DNA from: an uncultured Methanosarcinaceae archaeon
GTDB taxonomy: Archaea > Halobacteriota > Methanosarcinia > Methanosarcinales > Methanosarcinaceae
DNA: 64,000 nt
NCBI GenBank assembly: GCA_963733675.1
Contig: CAVTET010000004.1
Coordinates: 544,001 to 608,000, forward strand
Direction: 5' to 3'
Program-made: the position numbers and the translations under genes
The notes under the pieces: model-generated
Told to the model about the DNA's origin: nothing
The model's input: the letters and a program-made list of their open reading frames with translations, nothing else
The model's database searches: none
In this document: one piece after another, positions 55,020-64,000 of the stretch
Layout of the letters: every line of letters begins with the position of its first letter
How positions within the stretch are numbered: the first letter of the stretch is position 1

Positions 55020-55550
55020 CAATCACCCCAACCTAAAGAATTGGGGACGCCTAATGCTGCCTGATATGTTTGTTGAAACTTCGACATACGTAAGTATGTG
55101 TTTAAAAGGTTTCAGTATTCTAGATTAGTTAAACTTTTTTCCGGCTTCCTTTAAGATTTCTGAACTTACTTTTTATTGTGCCAATTGCCAAATTTCTTAC
55201 CGATTGATAAAACTTGACACCTACCACTAACTCACATCATAATATCGTTTCCCGGTTAAGAATAAAACCTAAAAAGTCGGTAAAAACAACCTCCTTTCAA
55301 GTATCTAACTACCTCTAATATCAAGTTGCATGAATGGAATTCCAAAAATAAATGAACTTTATATTCCATCACTTCCATATCATGAACTTGGTAACTTGCT
55401 TAGTGCAAATAGTTATAAAAATAGACATACAATTCTTTTTAATTTGCTTATTGTAGAATAATATTGTATCGATACTTAGGCACCAACGATACATGGAAGA
55501 TACTCAAACTGTGGCCATAACTAAAACTATTTAATTCCAATTTGAGTAGC
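55020..55550 (-). pseudogene. IS200-type TnpA remnant with terminal hairpin
   Basis: DMEVMEYKVHLFLEFH..EVVRYLKGG; hairpin ccccaac..ttgggg at ~55025. Confidence 0.7.
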
Positions 55551-56023
55551 ACAATTCGATCAGATAAGAGTGGTACCATCTATGACCATCGTGGCAAAAA
55601 TCGAACTCATTTTTCAACGGTTCGATGACTCAAAGAGTTAAACGAAAGCAAAAAAAGGCAAGGATTAACTTCATCTACGACCTAAAAAACAGATCATTCA
55701 TGATCCTAAGCACTTCATAAGTAATAAACATCCCAGAAGTTAAGCTCGCTACAAGTAAAAAAATTCATTGACATTAAAAAGCAACTTTCAAGCTAAAGAA
55801 ATGAAGAAAAGTTGGCAGTCTAAATTTGAGAAGAAGAAGAGATGATAAAGCAATTGAAAGAAATACTTATTGGCAAAGAGGAGAGGAATTTTCCAGGCTT
55901 AATGAGGGAAACAAAAAAATAAAGCATCAGCAAATAATCAGATGGTATAGGCAGACGAAGAAATGAAAGTTTCAAAAAATCAGTGAAAACACTGATAATT
56001 AGAATCAAGAGAATGGATACTAT

Positions 56024-56479
56024 TTAAAAATTATTTATTTTTGGGCTCTCTGGACTTGAAGTAAGAAACGAGCTATGAAGCAGATGAAGAATCATATCAG
56101 GGCTAATTTTCCTTAGACTTGTAATCTCATCGATTATTTCTTCCTCGGTCCTTCCCTGAACTTCAAATTCTTTTATCTTTTCAAGCACATAGGCTGGTAT
56201 TACAAAATAATTGTTAAGGTCATGCCAGTGTCCGCTAACATCTCCTTTTACCAGCCGAATTCCCGAAGAAGCAATGTACATTTTAATAAATTTAGATAGT
56301 GCATCATAGGAAGATGCAGGAAGCTGAAGCAATTTTATCCCAGGGCAAGTCTTGACCAAATTAAAGAGATCCCTATCTGAAGGCCTAAAAGCAAGATGTA
56401 CTGCCTTCTCTTCAGTTTCCAAGCCTAGAATTTCATCCCTACTTGTTACAACTCTAATGCGTATACTACTTGACCCCAT
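56024..56479 (-). CDS. DUF1699 family protein (paralog)
   Basis: IRVVTSRDEI..HLAFRPSDRD..GDVSGH. Confidence 0.88.
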   Translation of the reverse strand: MGSSSIRIRVVTSRDEILGLETEEKAVHLAFRPSDRDLFNLVKTCPGIKLLQLPASSYDALSKFIKMYIASSGIRLVKGDVSGHWHDLNNYFVIPAYVLEKIKEFEVQGRTEEEIIDEITSLRKISPDMILHLLHSSFLTSSPESPKINNF

Positions 56480-56604
56480 TTTATGCTCCCACTCTTATCT
56501 AAGCACGGATCATTTATTTAATTTTTGTATTTAATCTTCCTGATCAAATTTCAGTACAACGACAGATTATTACTTAAAAAAGGATGAAAAAAATAAAATT
56601 GAGT

Positions 56605-58300
56605 ACGAACACCCCACCTAAAAGAAGGGGGATGCATCAGGCCATCAATCTGTTTGTCAGACCTCAGAAATCATCGATTTTTTGTTGACAAAATTTATTG
56701 AACCTAGATGATTAAAACTCTGGTTTCAGCTTTCCTACATTTTTAGATATAGTGTTTTATTGTGTCAGCTGCCATATTTCCAACAGATCAATACATCTTG
56801 ACACTTGAACATAGACTCCCATCAAATTATCGTTTTATCAGTTAATGATGCAGCTTGAAAAATCTGTAACAATTAACTTCTTTCAAGCATTGAACTACCT
56901 CTGATAGAGAGTTGCTTGGACGAATTCCAGAAAATAAATGAATGTGATATTCCATCACTTCCATAGTATGAATTTAGTACCTTTCTCAGTGCAAATAACG
57001 GTAAAGATGACCACACATTCTTTTTAATTTGCTTATCTATAGATTATAGAAAATTACTATTTACCTTTGATTTTACTCTTCGCTTGAACCCTGCATAAAT
57101 ATTTATCTTGATTCATGTATTTAACCCAATTTTTTCTTTTCTGGTTCATTATTCTTTGATTTTAAAGATAGTTGAAGCTATCTTTAAAATACTCCTTTTA
57201 TTTTCGATGTCATCAAATGATGAAGATTACAACAAAAAGCTGTACACAACATCTTCATATTAACTCCATGAACAACAGTGAAAAGAACTTCTCTTGCTTT
57301 GAGTATCTTTTTAGTTACTGCATAAACTCATTTTTCTTATATTTTTTGAGCCAATATCTTGTTTCTTAACATATCATCCATTTCCAGAAGATGTTCTGTT
57401 ACTTTTTTTTTCATTGTTGTATCATAACCTTTTGATTTTGCTTCAAAGCACACTCTGTATCTGTAAAACCACTTCACCTTTTTGATTAAACCTACCTGAA
57501 AATCATGATTGAAGAGTAGTTGTTTTGAATCTCCTGATCAGCCTATAATCCCTGTATATTAAATGCAATGAAGTTTATATCCAATGTGTTATTTACTAAC
57601 TTTTTTCCCAGGTTCAGTCATTGATAACCCTTTTTTGCTTTATTTTCTCGAGGCTAATTTGCTTTTGCATTTCCAGTATTTGAATAAACAAGTGTAGCTT
57701 TTTGAATCGTTGTTTTTTTATTTTCACACCAGGCAATTAAGTTGCATTTACAGCTGTCCATATATTTTCTCTTCTTTGCACTTATCAATAATTCTTTTTA
57801 TGAATTATCAGAATTTGGTTCTTTATGAAATGTGACCAGAAAAACCAAGAAATTTCCTGAAAGAAATCCAATCAATACGTTGTTTCTCAAGTTCGAAGTT
57901 GGAAAGACCATGTAATCGCTATAAAAATGTATTTAAATATAATGACTACTTCAGCTTCATGTCTGCCTCAGAAAACTGTTTTATCAAAATATATGGACTC
58001 AAAAATGATAAGAAAAGGTTTCCAATCAATTAAGAATCAATTTCAGCAAGTTTGTCTTCAACTAACTGAAAAAGTTAGTATTCTCCTTTAAGAGCAAAAT
58101 CAGTAAAAATTTTCATGAGTAAAAATTATTGTTAAAAGATTTGACCTATTCAATACTCATAATGCCTAGAAGTTTGCTGAAATTCTATATTTTTGTATCC
58201 ATATTTAGGCACCAAACTATGTAGTAGGTGATCTGGTCATAGCCATAACTAAAGCAGTTTAATCCCAATGAGAGATAAAATCTCGATCAGAGTTAGATGG
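56605..58300 (-). mobile_element. IS200-type remnant interrupted by a nested decayed IS5 element (~57050-58190)
   Basis: 56605-57045 and 58200-58270 are colinear with consecutive parts of 55020-55550; the intervening DNA is colinear with 33090-34160. Confidence 0.75.
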
Positions 58301-58408
58301 CAACATCCTCTGACAGAGGAAAAATGAGAACATATAAACCGAAAATTTGAAATCTGTCCAAAATGAGCTAAACCTTACTTTTTTTCTCAAGAATAGAACA
58401 TCAATGAA

Positions 58409-60712
58409 TCAGGCTGTTATTTCAAGCTTTGTTTCTAGACATGCTGCAAGGGCCTGTCCGAAAGAAACACACCCATCTCCACAGGGAACTTGGCTATGAG
58501 TTAAAAATTCAAAACCTGCTTCTGTAACATTTCTTGCAATACAAGAAGTAATATGATCATTGTAGGCAACCCCACCACTCAAACCTATCTTTTCAAGGCC
58601 CCTCTTTGAGGCAAGAGAAACAGCAAGTTCCGAAATTCCATTTGCAAGGTTTTCCTCAACTCCAAAAGCCAGATCAGCATAAGAGTAATTTCCAAAAAGT
58701 TCATAAACTCCCAATAGAAGTTCAGTCGTATCAAGCACTGGAAGTCCTGATTTATCTCCTTTCGTGAAAACTATAGGAAGATCCACCATGTGAGTACTTT
58801 TCTTTGCAGCAGATTCTAATTTCATTGCAGGCTCTCCTTCATAAGTTCTTATTCCGCAAATTCCAAGCATTGAAGCTGCTGCATCAAGTACTCTTCCTGT
58901 ACTGCTACTTTGAAAAACATGTACTTCCTTTTCAAGCTGTTTCATAACCGATGAGAATTCTTGAGTTCCATGTGGAAAACTCAGAGGAAGCTTTTCCAGT
59001 TCTGCCCTTTCAAGTTTTTTGAAAAGGATACCCAGAACCATCCTTGAAGGCACCTTCGATGCATAGTCTCCACCAGGCATTGGCTGAGAGAGTAGATGTC
59101 CAAGGCGTTCATACCCAAAGTAAGAAGATTCAAAGAATTCTCCTCCCCATACTGTGCTGTCAGTGCCATATCCAACCCCATCAAGAGCAATTCCTAGCAT
59201 TCTGGAATCCTGTGGAAGGAAATTATCAGCCATGAGTGCCAGCATGTGAGCATGATGATGCTGGACCTGAAGTGTATTTTCCCTGCCCATATTCATTGCA
59301 AAACGCGTTGTGTTAAAAGCCGGGTGCAGATCGCAACCCCAGTGAAGAAGCTCTATTCCTGTAAGCTGGATAAGATGCTGAAAAACTTCGAAATGATACC
59401 TAAAAGTTTCTAAATTATTGGTATCCCCTATGTACTGAGATATATAGGCCAGTTTCCCTTTTGTCACAGTTATCGTGGAATTCATTTCAGCCCCTACCCC
59501 AATAGAAGCTTCCACTTCAAAAGGTAGCTCGATAGGCTCCGGCACAAAACCCCTGGAACGCCGAATAAAGGCTGTCTTTCCATTGACACTCCGGATAACC
59601 GTATCATCATTTCTGTTTGCAATAATCCTATCATGAAACAGGTGAAAATCTACAATCCCATTAAATTTATCAAGTGATTTGTTATTTTCAATAACCATGG
59701 GCATTCCTGGAATGTTTGCCGAAGTCATAACATATACTGAATTGGGCTCAAGGTCAAAAAGCAGATTTTGCGTGCCTGTATATGGAAGCATAACCCCTAT
59801 ATTATGCAAGCCAGGAGATGTAGATTCAGCAAGATTAAATTCTTTTGACTTCAGGAGCACGGCTATAGGCCGACGACGGGATGTGAGATACTCCATGCCT
59901 CTACCTCCAAGCTCTGCAAAGGATTCCACAACATCAACATTTTTTGCCATAACTGCGAAAGGTTGCTGTGGACGCTTCAAACGCCGTCGAAGCTCATTCA
60001 CATGCTCCTCCTCTCGGGCATTACAGGCAATATGGAACCCTCCAAATCCTTTGATGGAAAGAATTGAACCCTGTTGGATAAAGTCCGAAGCATCTGCAAT
60101 TGCTTCATAACCCTTGGACAGTACATTTCCTGCAGGATCTGAAAGCCAGATCTTTGGTCCACACTTCTGGCAGCAAACAGGTTGAGCATGATATCTTCGA
60201 TTAAGAGGATCACTATACTCTGATTTACACTTTGCACATAGAGGGAAATCTGCCATTGTTGTGTTTTCTCTGTCATAAGGAAGGGTTCTAACTGTTGTAT
60301 ATCTAGGACCACAGTTAGTGCAGACTGTAAAAGGATAATGATAATACCTAGATGAAGGATCAAAGATCTCAGACCTGCAATCCTCACAAATAGCAGTATC
60401 AGGAGGGATTATAGAATTTTCAAAAACTCCGGGTTCACTGGGTACTATAACAAATTTAGAGTAAGCTGAGAAAGGAACATTCTTTGATTTGATTTCGGCA
60501 ATCTTAGCAAGAGGAGGATTTTTTTCAGACAGATCTTGAATAAAATTTTCAAGATTTTTCCAATTTCCCTCTATATGAATCTCCACGTAATTTCCTTGAT
60601 TTTTCACGAATCCAAACAACCTATGGATTTTTGCGAGTTGATAGACAAAAGGACGAAAACCAACACCTTGCACCGTACCTGTTACATGGAGAAGTCTGGC
60701 TTCATTTTGCAT
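58409..60712 (-). CDS. hypF: Carbamoyltransferase HypF ([NiFe]-hydrogenase maturation)
   Basis: GTVQGVGFRPFVY acylphosphatase domain, two zinc fingers, QHHHAH, GDGCVSFGQ. Confidence 0.97.
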   Translation of the reverse strand: MQNEARLLHVTGTVQGVGFRPFVYQLAKIHRLFGFVKNQGNYVEIHIEGNWKNLENFIQDLSEKNPPLAKIAEIKSKNVPFSAYSKFVIVPSEPGVFENSIIPPDTAICEDCRSEIFDPSSRYYHYPFTVCTNCGPRYTTVRTLPYDRENTTMADFPLCAKCKSEYSDPLNRRYHAQPVCCQKCGPKIWLSDPAGNVLSKGYEAIADASDFIQQGSILSIKGFGGFHIACNAREEEHVNELRRRLKRPQQPFAVMAKNVDVVESFAELGGRGMEYLTSRRRPIAVLLKSKEFNLAESTSPGLHNIGVMLPYTGTQNLLFDLEPNSVYVMTSANIPGMPMVIENNKSLDKFNGIVDFHLFHDRIIANRNDDTVIRSVNGKTAFIRRSRGFVPEPIELPFEVEASIGVGAEMNSTITVTKGKLAYISQYIGDTNNLETFRYHFEVFQHLIQLTGIELLHWGCDLHPAFNTTRFAMNMGRENTLQVQHHHAHMLALMADNFLPQDSRMLGIALDGVGYGTDSTVWGGEFFESSYFGYERLGHLLSQPMPGGDYASKVPSRMVLGILFKKLERAELEKLPLSFPHGTQEFSSVMKQLEKEVHVFQSSSTGRVLDAAASMLGICGIRTYEGEPAMKLESAAKKSTHMVDLPIVFTKGDKSGLPVLDTTELLLGVYELFGNYSYADLAFGVEENLANGISELAVSLASKRGLEKIGLSGGVAYNDHITSCIARNVTEAGFEFLTHSQVPCGDGCVSFGQALAACLETKLEITA

Positions 60713-61063
60713 ATAAGATTAGGATTAATGTTCGTCGTTAAAATAGCTTTCTAATTTAAAGACAAAAATTTGAAAGCATTTGAATGAAGAAAAAAATGAT
60801 ATCAAAAAAGACAGGTTAAATCGAAAAAAGTAAAAAATTGTGATTGGACTTAGTATAAATAATCATTCTGAAGTCCACGTCACATAAAATTCGGTGAAAC
60901 CGTTTTTGCGGCAACAAAGATTCCCAAAATCATCATCAAAAGGGAAATTTTCCAGGCTGCCTGAATCAGACGAGCCTGATTTTCAGGTTCACCAAGTTTA
61001 AGTATTACTCTTTCAACCAAGTTCGGTCGATCCTCACAAGTTGCCATATGAAATTCAGCTTTA

Positions 61064-61687
61064 TTATTTCATTCTTGCCTTGATTCTCTTCAGCCGGAAT
61101 GTATTCTCCCTTTCCATCTCCTCAAGGACAAAACGGATGTACTTCATGGTGGCAATTTGCTCTGGAATAACTTTGAATTCGAGAGCATTCACACGCCTCT
61201 TTGTCTTCTCGATTTCATTAAGGAGCCTTTTCATTGTAGTTTCCAGCTCTGCTGCCTTGATAATCTTTTCTACCAAATCCTCATACGCATCTGCAGTTTC
61301 ATCGATGTACGTGTCTGTTCCGATGATACCGTAACCCCTCTCAGTGAGGGATTTGCGGACCGCAGTAGAACTGATCTTTGGTACCCTAACACCCATTATA
61401 TTGTGCCCAGAAAGCAGTATTTCAGGAGATTCCTTCGCTGTGAAGGCCGTTGATCTGACAGTAACCATTCCATCCACTGCAGAGGCGAGATTGATTTTTC
61501 CCACAGCTTTTGAGAAAGCAACGTCCAGCTCGGTTCTGACATTCCTTGCCTCTTTAAGGATCTTAAAGAACTCAAGAATAAGACCGTCTCTTTTCATTTT
61601 GAGGAGCTTGTGCCCACTTTGAGAGAGTTTGATTTTCTTCTTGAGCTGAATTAACTCCGACCGAGTTGGTTTTACATCTTGAGCCAT
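61064..61687 (-). CDS. atpD: A/V-type ATP synthase subunit D
   Basis: KPTRSEL, TKRRVNALEFKVIP; start MAQD. Confidence 0.96.
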   Translation of the reverse strand: MAQDVKPTRSELIQLKKKIKLSQSGHKLLKMKRDGLILEFFKILKEARNVRTELDVAFSKAVGKINLASAVDGMVTVRSTAFTAKESPEILLSGHNIMGVRVPKISSTAVRKSLTERGYGIIGTDTYIDETADAYEDLVEKIIKAAELETTMKRLLNEIEKTKRRVNALEFKVIPEQIATMKYIRFVLEEMERENTFRLKRIKARMK

Positions 61688-61692
61688 GATAA

Positions 61693-63075
61693 TCACTGAG
61701 CCTTTCTGTGTGCAGGATGGTATTTCTGGATATATTTGTTGTCAATTCTACCCAACTGGTTTATTGGCAGATGTGAGAGAATCTTCCAGCCAATGTCCAG
61801 AGTCTCTGCAATGGTTCTGTTTTCGTTTCTGCCCTGGCGGACGAAATTTTGTTCGAAAAGGTCAGCAAACTCAAGTAACTTCGTGTCTCTCTCTGATAGA
61901 GCTTCTTTACCTACAATAGCTACTAGACCTCTCAGATCACGCCCTTCCGCATAACCAGCAAACATTTGGTCGGAAACAGCCTTGTGATCTTCCCTTGTCT
62001 TGTCTGCTCCTATACCTGAGTTCATCAACCTTGACAGAGAAGGCAACACATTGATTGGCGGATAGATACCTTTCGTGTGCAGTTCTCTGGCAACCAATAT
62101 CTGGCCTTCAGTAATATACCCAGAAAGATCAGGAATCGGGTGTGTAACGTCGTCTCCAGGCATTGAAAGAATCGGAATCTGAGTAACTGATCCCTTGGCA
62201 CCTTTAACAATACCAGCACGCTCATAGAGAGTTGCAAGGTCAGTGTACATGTAACCAGGATATCCACGACGACCAGGTACTTCATTACGGGCAGCACCCA
62301 TTTGACGGAGAGCTTCTGCATAGTTAGTGATGTCAGTAAGGATGACGAGAACGTGCATTCCATGCTCGTATGCCAGGTACTCGGCTGCTGTCAAGGCCAT
62401 ACGCGGGGTAATAAGACGCTCGACAGCAGGGTCATCTGCAAGGTTAAGGAACACAACTGCCCTTTCCAAAGCGCCTGTCTTTTCGAAGTCACTCATGAAA
62501 TACTGAGCTTCTTCGTTGGTGATACCCATTGCAGCGAAAACCACTGCGAACGCTCCTTCAGACCCTGGCACAGAAGCCTGCCTTGCGATCTGCAGTGCAA
62601 TTTCATTATGTGGTAGACCTGATCCTGAAAAAAGAGGCAGTTTTTGCCCACGAACCAGGGTATTAGTCCCATCGATTGTGGATATACCGGTCTGGATGAA
62701 ATCCTTAGGAGGCAACCTAGCGTATGGATTCATTGCAGCCCCGCTGATATCCAGAAGCTGGTCTGGCACTATCCTGGGCCCACCATCTAGAGGGTCACCT
62801 GCACCTGATAGGATCCTACCCAGCAGATCAATGGATACGGGAAGCTTCAGGGTTTCACCTGTGAAAACTACCCCACATTCTTTGTTCAGACCACCAGTAC
62901 CTTCAAAAATCTGGACAACCACGATGTCTGCCGAAGAGTCCAGAACCTGGCCTCTGCGGGTGGTTCCATCAGGTAGATTGACACTAACGATTTCGTTGTA
63001 ACCTACCGGCTCTGTTTTTTCGACAAAGACAAGAGGTCCTGCAATCTGAGTGATTGTCTTATATTCTTTTACCAT
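61693..63075 (-). CDS. atpB: A/V-type ATP synthase subunit B
   Basis: [29 protein letters not shown]. Confidence 0.98.
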   Translation of the reverse strand: MVKEYKTITQIAGPLVFVEKTEPVGYNEIVSVNLPDGTTRRGQVLDSSADIVVVQIFEGTGGLNKECGVVFTGETLKLPVSIDLLGRILSGAGDPLDGGPRIVPDQLLDISGAAMNPYARLPPKDFIQTGISTIDGTNTLVRGQKLPLFSGSGLPHNEIALQIARQASVPGSEGAFAVVFAAMGITNEEAQYFMSDFEKTGALERAVVFLNLADDPAVERLITPRMALTAAEYLAYEHGMHVLVILTDITNYAEALRQMGAARNEVPGRRGYPGYMYTDLATLYERAGIVKGAKGSVTQIPILSMPGDDVTHPIPDLSGYITEGQILVARELHTKGIYPPINVLPSLSRLMNSGIGADKTREDHKAVSDQMFAGYAEGRDLRGLVAIVGKEALSERDTKLLEFADLFEQNFVRQGRNENRTIAETLDIGWKILSHLPINQLGRIDNKYIQKYHPAHRKAQ

Positions 63076-63081
63076 ACTTAC

Positions 63082-64000
63082 CTACCTCTGGGATGCAAAC
63101 TCCCCTCTAAGGGATGCAAACTCCTCATCCATCTTTGTCATAACAGCATTCATAGAAGCATCGAAGTTCTCCTCGAACTTAACTTTGGGAAGCTCATCCT
63201 TAGATTGAATTTTAACAATTTCCGAGACAGGAACACCTAATTTCAAAGCTTCCTGTGCAGCATCTGCAAACTTCATGATTGACTGCATGAGCCTGTACTG
63301 CTCAGAAAACGGACTGTAGGTATCTATTGGGTGGAACGCATTCTGCTGCAGGAAGATTTCCCTTATCATACGGGTAATTTCAAGAAGGAGCTGCTGCTCT
63401 TCCGGTAAAGCGTCGGAACCTACCAGCTGCACGATTTCATTAAGTTCGGATTCTACCTGAAGCATTTCCATTGCCCTTTCTCTAAGAGGAACATAATCAG
63501 GTGCCACGTTAGTAGTAAACCAATCATTGAGGGTTTCCTTGTACAGACTATAACTGGTCAGCCAATTGATAGCCGGAAAGTGCCTTCTCTGGGACAGTTT
63601 GGCGTCCAAAGCCCAGAAAACCTTCACGATACGCAGGGTATTCTGAGTAACAGGCTCTGAGAAATCACCGCCAGGAGGAGATACTGCTCCAATAACAGTA
63701 ATGGAGCCTGTTTGACCGCAAAGAGATTCTGCAACACCGGCACGCTCATAGAATTCTGCAAGTCTTGCAGACAGATATGCCGGATAGCCCTCTTCACCAG
63801 GCATTTCTTCCAGACGAGAGGAGATTTCTCTCATTGCTTCTGCCCACCTAGAGGTGGAGTCTGCCATAAGGGACACGTCGAATCCCATGTCACGGTAATA
63901 TTCAGCAATTGTGATACCTGTGTAAACAGATGCTTCCCTTGCTGCTACAGGCATGTTTGAAGTGTTGGCTATAAGGACAGTACGCTCCATGAGTGGCCTA
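63082..64000 (-). CDS. atpA: A/V-type ATP synthase subunit A (3' part; starts beyond the window)
   Basis: [43 protein letters not shown]. Confidence 0.98.
   Translation of the reverse strand, partial: RPLMERTVLIANTSNMPVAAREASVYTGITIAEYYRDMGFDVSLMADSTSRWAEAMREISSRLEEMPGEEGYPAYLSARLAEFYERAGVAESLCGQTGSITVIGAVSPPGGDFSEPVTQNTLRIVKVFWALDAKLSQRRHFPAINWLTSYSLYKETLNDWFTTNVAPDYVPLRERAMEMLQVESELNEIVQLVGSDALPEEQQLLLEITRMIREIFLQQNAFHPIDTYSPFSEQYRLMQSIMKFADAAQEALKLGVPVSEIVKIQSKDELPKVKFEENFDASMNAVMTKMDEEFASLRGEFASQR

Overview
Archaeal chromosomal window, almost certainly Methanosarcina (Ech hydrogenase operon, A1Ao ATP synthase, Isf flavoprotein, two DUF1699 paralogs, intron-containing tRNA-Trp and tRNA-Arg). 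Housekeeping islands are cdc6 with a probable oriC upstream, nikR, echABCDEF, a GH57/GH57/V4R/GH15 glucan-degradation operon, an aminotransferase, rnp4, pan, rfcS, thiL, hypF, atpABD and four tRNAs. They sit in very AT-rich spacers filled with decayed IS200/IS605, IS5 and IS110 elements and three MITE families; by my rough sum only about 40% of the window is intact coding sequence. The most striking feature, essentially missed by the ORF track, is a tandem array (1891-3578, about 221 bp period) just downstream of and convergent with cdc6. Each unit carries a purine-rich (GGGGG in six of seven) RBS-like motif and a microprotein ORF. Five copies encode MTYLGFNFQCLKTKLDMTRARVIQS(T/C)D and differ almost only at synonymous sites; two further units encode diverged paralogs of 27 and 32 aa. 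Other notable items: a pair of signal-peptide poly-His microproteins, an amber stop of atpA in frame with atpB, a probable GH57 pseudoenzyme, and a near-perfect 750-bp inverted duplication of already dead IS DNA. All calls are by eye, with no database search.
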